A stretch of DNA of 64,000 nt from Trichoplax adhaerens (lineage: Eukaryota > Animalia > Placozoa): contig NW_002060946.1 of NCBI RefSeq assembly GCF_000150275.1, forward strand, positions 6,739,855 through 6,803,854, read 5' to 3'. A program made the position numbers and the translations under genes. Shown in pieces: positions 58,320 through 64,000 of the stretch (position 1 is the stretch's first letter; each line of letters opens with the position of its first letter). The notes under the pieces were generated by a model. It ran no database searches and was not told the DNA's origin. It worked only from the letters and a program-made list of their open reading frames with translations.

Positions 58320-59620
58320 TCTATTATATTGGCACTACCATATCAGAATTTAATAAATAAATTCCATTCTACTTTCCCGAACGAAACTCCAGTAGAGCTC
58401 TAGGGTATATAGCGAGTAAAGTTTGAGTTTAATTTCTTATATCCCATTACTATTTAAGTATTGCAATATCAGAGTTCATTAGATTGATTATATACTACTT
58501 TCCTGACTAAACTTCGATCTCTACATTCAACTCATAGTGTATTGCTGTGCTAAGCTTCAAGAGAGCTCTATGTGATATAGGATAAATAAAGTTGGCGTCT
58601 AGATTCTCATCTTCTGTCACTTCATAGGTACTGCTATGTCAAAATTAGCTTAATTCCACGCTGCTTTTCTGAACTAATCTCCAACTCCTATATCATATGT
58701 AGTGAGCTCAGTTCGAGAATAGTTCTCTTATATTCTATTAAACTAATTATTATATCGCTATTTCCATATCAAAATTTGTGGTATTAATTCTGCACTACTT
58801 TCTAGAGTTAAACTCCAATCTCTATATGATATGTTATACAGTGAGCAAATTTTAAATTAACCTTCCCTATTCCATTAATATACCGACATTGCCATATCAA
58901 ACTCCAATTTCTATGTGGCATTTAGTAGAATACGTATTGTTTGAGCTAGTGCATATTACATTATTATATATAGAGGCACTACCATATCAGACTGTATCAG
59001 ATTAATTTTACTTTACTTTCCGTATCTAAACTCTGATAGGGTTCTATATGATATGCTCGTCTAGTTAGTGAAACTGAAATTAGTTTCTTGTATTCTATTA
59101 TTAGACAGGTCTTTACTATATGGCTTTACTGGATTAATTCTATGCTATTTCCCTTAAATTAAACTTCAATTTCTATAAGATACATAGTGGGCACAATTCA
59201 TGATAGTTCTTTCATATTCTATTGAATACATTAGTATTATCATATCAGAGTTTTACTAGATTAATTTTACGCTATTTCTCTGAACTAAACTTTAATCTCT
59301 AATCTGCATAGTTTCGGGTTAGTCTTGCACATTTTATTAAGGTAGCATATAAGCATTGCTATATCAGAATTGATCAAGTTAATTCGACTTACTTTCCTAA
59401 CCTAGACTCTAATCTCTATACAGTATACAGTATATCGTTATAATTTAAAGCTAGCTTTTCATTTCTCCGTTAATATACATGAAGGTATTACCATTTCCGA
59501 ATGAATTCGATTAATACGTCGCTATTTTCCAGAACTAAAACCTCAACTTTTACACAATATCCAGCATTATAGGCATCATTTGAAATTTATCTCCCATATT
59601 CTATTATTTTATTGCCTATT
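58320..59620 (-). repeat. Highly degenerate ~120-130-bp repeat array, possibly a decayed LRR-coding sequence
   Basis: A CATATCAGA..TTAATT..AC.CTA.TTTCC..ACTAAACT-like block recurs at ~58339, 58465, 58635, 58765, 58983, 59241, 59360 and 59492. Minus-strand fragments read KDLSNNRIQE and QYLNSNGI*EIK amid many stops. Confidence 0.45.
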
Positions 59621-60244
59621 AGAGTAAAAATTTTATAATTTATTAAGTTAAATCTAGCTGTATGTTTTACTTCAGCTTAAAACTTTCAGTACAAGAAAGA
59701 TCGATTTTAGCATACTCTTGCAAAATAGGTTAGATAAGGCTATAAGTTGCAGTGCTATAAAGGTTGAAGATGATTTTATACCTATTTTATACCTGCATCG
59801 ATACAGCTTATAAACTTACCTAACCCACTTCAAAATATTTGTATATCGTACTTAAAGCTAAAAGTTTAAGTTGGCAAAACCTAGAAACAATACGTCAGTA
59901 TTTCGTCATTTAATATTTATTTCTTTTCCCACGAGCTCAACTGAATTATTGATATGATCGTAATTTACAAAAAGGTTAGCGCCAATCAGCCAATATAATA
60001 TTTTACTAAATTTTGGATAGACTGCATAATATGCAGCATCTATCAAGAGATTCACCATGAAATCGAGGGTTCCCATGAGATAATGACACATAATTTTCGT
60101 TGTCATGATACCAATTCCCAGATCAATGTGTCTAGACTAGTTATTATTTTTATTTTTCATCATGTTGACTAGGAGGCTACCTACCTATCTACCGATAGAA
60201 TACTCGATTAAGATCCATTATTACAACATTTTAATCGGTGATTC

Positions 60245-61170
60245 ATGTAGATTTGAGTATGTGAGACGACTATTTAATAAGTCTACTTACCGATTTGGGT
60301 GTGTAACAAGACGATTATATAATAAGTCTAGCTACGGATTTGAGTGTGTAAGACGATGGTTTTTTAAGTCTACAGTACTTATAGACTTGAGTTCGTAAAG
60401 TGACGATTTAATAAGTCTACCTGCCGATTCGAGTGTGCAAGACGATGATTTAATATGTCCACTTACAGATTTGAGTGTGTAAGGAGATAGATAGTTTAAT
60501 AACTCTATTTGCAAATCGGAATGTAAAAGACGACGGTTTAATAAGTAGTCTAGCCTGATCCTAATCCTAAGTAACTGCTTACTACTTGCAGATTTGAGTG
60601 GGATAAGACTGTGGTTTAGCATTTCTACTTGCAGATTTGAGTGTGTAAGACGATGGTAAATAAATCTACTTATAGATTTTAGTGTATAATTAAACGATGG
60701 TTTAATAAATTTGCTTAAATATTAGACTCAGATTTGAGTACAAAACGATGATTTAATAAATTTATTTACAGATTTAAGCGTACAAGACGATGGTTCAATA
60801 ATCTACTTATAAATTAGACTCAGATTTGACTACATAAGACGATGGTTTAATAAATTCGCTTACAGATTAGACTCAGGTTTGAGTGTGTAAGACAATGAAT
60901 GGTTTAATAAATCTACTTACAGATTCAACTTCGCTTTGAGTGTATATGACGACGATTTAATAAGTCTACTTTACTATCTAGTCTGCCTAAACCCAAGAAC
61001 TACTAGATACATCAGAAAGGTATATCTATAGAGGTAGCCCATGCCTAACCCTAATCTTAAATCTAGTTACAGATTTGTGTAGATAACAGGATAGCTTAAT
61101 TAGGCTACCTACAAATTTGAGTGTGTAAGACGATGGCTTAATTAATCTACTTCTTGATTTGAGTGTAAAG
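60245..61170. repeat. ~42-bp degenerate minisatellite (~18-20 units)
   Basis: Consensus GATTTGAGTGTGTAAGACGATGGTTTAATAAGTCTACTTACA at 60250, 60292, 60337, 60383, 60426, 60468 and on, with short insertions. Confidence 0.9.
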
Positions 61171-62819
61171 TAATTAGTTAGATCGGATTATTTTTAAAAA
61201 CTCTTATGGATTAATTGTCAATGAAAAATGGATGGAATGGACCAATTTTATATCGATCTTGTCGAGCTTTTATTATAATATTTATAGCTAAAGATTGGTC
61301 GACATCTTTCTTTGATTTCTTAATAAATACATGCATTAAAAAAAAATTCCCGCTTACATCATAGCAGGAAATCATTTAACGAAGAATTTTACGGCCGTAT
61401 ACATGATGGGAAATAGTTTAAAATGTTTCAAGAAATAGGTTACATTACAGCATCCATATTAGTGTTCTATTCGAATTGGGCTCAGGTTAGAATTTTAGGA
61501 CAATTTAAAAGTTTGGGCGGGCTTTCGGTTGCAAAGTGTCCTCGAGCTAGTCACTACTGCAGACTAAATGAAGGGATTAATTCCCCCTAAAAGGAGAATC
61601 AAAATCGTTGAATTGGAGATCCTATGTGTAGTATGTTCGTGATTAGATACCCGTTGTCTATAACATCGCATTTTTGAGACGAGAATTTGGTCTCATTCTA
61701 TCCTTAAAGAATTAATCTGTTTCATGTAACTTCTATCTGATTCTCCTAAACTACTGCACTCCATCGCCTGTGGTGATCTACAAATTCAAAAAGCTAACAC
61801 TTTGCTACAACACAAGGTCAAATGAAAAAATTGGATAATGTTATTTATTCATTTATTTTTATTTTTTTATTGTTTCTTATACATAGAAAAAATGACAGCA
61901 AAGGATTCCTTTGTTATCCTTTCCTGTTTATGGCCGTAATATGAAACACCTGTACCATAGACATTATTGCCATAGGTGCTATTATTTTGCTAGCTGCTAT
62001 TGATCAATTTTTTATTTCCATTTTGACTATTTTGAAAACAGTTTGAGTGAAGAGAATCCAATCAAGTTGGCTCCATTAACGCTGACGTAATCTTCCATTT
62101 TTAATACATTTTTCATCACAGATGCTAAAGGGGAGGAATAATGTTTTTCCTCACCATCCTGTCATGGATCCATTCGATATTAAAAGGCTAAAGTCGATAT
62201 TATTCTATTGGAATCACTTTTAGTAGCTTTTGTAGACTTTCTCATTTCAAACAATTTTTTTTAAATTAGAAAATGATAAAATGTTTTTTTTGCTCGATAT
62301 TTCAATTGACTCTAAAATCTAATAGATGAGTATCGAGCAATTCTGGTATTTTTTATTTGTTTGTTTTACCGCCATTTAGAGTGTACAACAAAATACGCGC
62401 CCAGACACATCAAGAAAGATTTCAAAATAGAATCATTGTATTTAAACATGATAATGTATTGACAAACAGATGCTATGGACGATTCAATAACTTTTAGCGT
62501 ATTACTCGAACTTTTATTTACTAAAACTGTTGGTATACATTAATCATGGGCAAAATCAACTTATTGTGTCATGAATACTCATGGTTGATTTGAAACAGGT
62601 GCTTTACCGCCGACAGCTTGTCCGTAGTTGAATAGGATCGATTTTCCTTTAGACGCTATTATAAGGTAAAAAGTAAAGAATAAAATTAAGCCACGCTTGA
62701 ATATCTTGCAAAGGGTTAACAAAGATGACACTGTATTAACACTGTTAGAGTAGTTAAGATACAGTATATTATTTCACCCTTGTTGATATCAAAGCCTACA
62801 GGCCAATTTTGTAATATTG

Positions 62820-63210
62820 GAAAAAAATTTCTTTCCATCTTTTGCTAGTAAAGTGATTAAAAATGAGTTAATGGTTATATGCGTATTCGAAATGAAAAGC
62901 CAATGATAACTAGATAGAGTTATTTTATATTTTCAGCATATTAGTAGAACATAAGTTTCACATCAAAATTTTCTTTCTGTCTTTGGTTAGTAAAGTAGTA
63001 AAAACTTTGTTAGTTCCTCTATTACAATGGAAAGGCCAACGATAAACAGACTAAATTTTTTTTAGTTTAATCCATCAGTAAATGAACAATTTCATCCAAA
63101 ATGTCTTTCTACGTTCTACCTCTTGCTATAGTAAAGAGGTCATTTTACCAAGTGCTAAAGGTAAAAGGCTAACGATGAATGGTTGGAAATCCCTCTTACT
63201 CTAGCATTAG
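62820..63210. repeat. Degenerate ~125-bp repeat x3
   Basis: TTTC..TCTTT.G.TAGTAAAG..GAAA.GCCAA.GATAA..AGA..TT.AGCAT.AGTA blocks at ~62830, 62970 and 63105. Confidence 0.6.
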
Positions 63211-63357
63211 AAAATAGAATTGTTCAAAAAATGACTCAGACTGCCGTATTTTCTTATCCAATATGATTAATAATGAAGTACTATGCGGTAACGGCAACCA
63301 TTTGTAAATCATGGATGCAATATTGAAACTGCCGTAAAAAATAATTACCTATGTCTT

Positions 63358-63669
63358 GTGGACCAATATAAAGTAATAACCTTCATTTATTTTTATGAAT
63401 TACAGTATAGTAGTATGAAAAGTGGACCAATATAAAGTAATAACCATCATTATTTTATGAATTACAGTATAGTAGTATGAAAAGTGGACCAATATAAAGT
63501 AATAACTTTCATTTTTTTATGAATTACAGTATAGTAGTATGAAAAGTGGACCAATATAAAGTAATAACCTTCATTTTTTTATGAATTACAGTATAGTAGT
63601 ATGAAAAGCGGACCAATATAAAGTAATAACCATCATTTTTTTATGAATTACAGTACAGTAGTATGAAAA
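63358..63669. repeat. 62-64-bp tandem repeat x5
   Basis: GTGGACCAATATAAAGTAATAAC..CAT(T)nATGAATTACAGTATAGTAGTATGAAAA at 63358, 63422, 63484, 63546 and 63608. Confidence 0.95.
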
Positions 63670-64000
63670 TAAATCCCATGTAAAAAGATTGCTATGTGTT
63701 GTATGTTATGTTATGATATATACAGCACTATGCCCTCCGGTAGTAAGGGGACGAAAATTGCTTCCTGTCGTTATAGCAGCAGGGTAGATCAGAAGCGAAA
63801 GGTAACTAGGGCACTATAAGATCATTTCAACCGATTCGTTGAAAAAGAATTCATTAGCAAAAATAATTAAACAGCCTAGGTATACTCTAAACTACAATCA
63901 GTGATAAATAAAAAATTCTTCTTTATAACTGTATATCCAAGCCGAAAGTAAATGGAATCAAAATTGTTCCAACTGAAAATATCTCCTTCCGTCAATTAGT

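Noticed and set aside
60245-61170. CRISPR-like periodicity (also 63358-63669 and 10690-11700)
   Set aside because: Whole units repeat, with no unique spacers and no cas genes, in a eukaryotic context.
63727-63816. GC-richer patch closed by TGCCCT/AGGGCA, possible ribozyme or ncRNA
   Set aside because: Only a 6-bp closing stem and no recognisable family core.

Overview
AT-rich eukaryotic (animal) genomic DNA with many short GT-AG introns. Composition, intron size and gene content suggest an early-branching metazoan such as a placozoan (inference only). Four spliced plus-strand genes can be rebuilt by hand: an HPS6-like BLOC-2 subunit (~30 exons, 152-6731), an Ovo/OVOL-family C2H2 factor (~18836-21111), a FAM133 homolog (23081-26583), and a giant (>=7,800 aa) single-pass membrane protein (32850-56931). 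The giant protein has a huge CPxGxYC Cys-repeat ectodomain with a ~700-aa super-repeat, a polybasic cleavage site, one TM helix, an EVC2-like coiled-coil tail and an HxxxH pseudo-zincin motif. Most of it lies in one 18.3-kb exon, and a tight CCAAT-CRE-RFX X-box-E-box module just upstream points to a ciliary gene. Between HPS6 and Ovo (~7.6-17 kb) is a block with no intact gene: decayed, apparently intron-free coding-like DNA (one piece weakly resembles a Polinton-like virus capsid) plus hairpin/(GA)n repeats and 103-bp and 222-bp tandem arrays. Several other minisatellites lie in introns and intergenic DNA. No rRNA, tRNA or CRISPR array was seen. All homology calls come from remembered motifs, not database searches.
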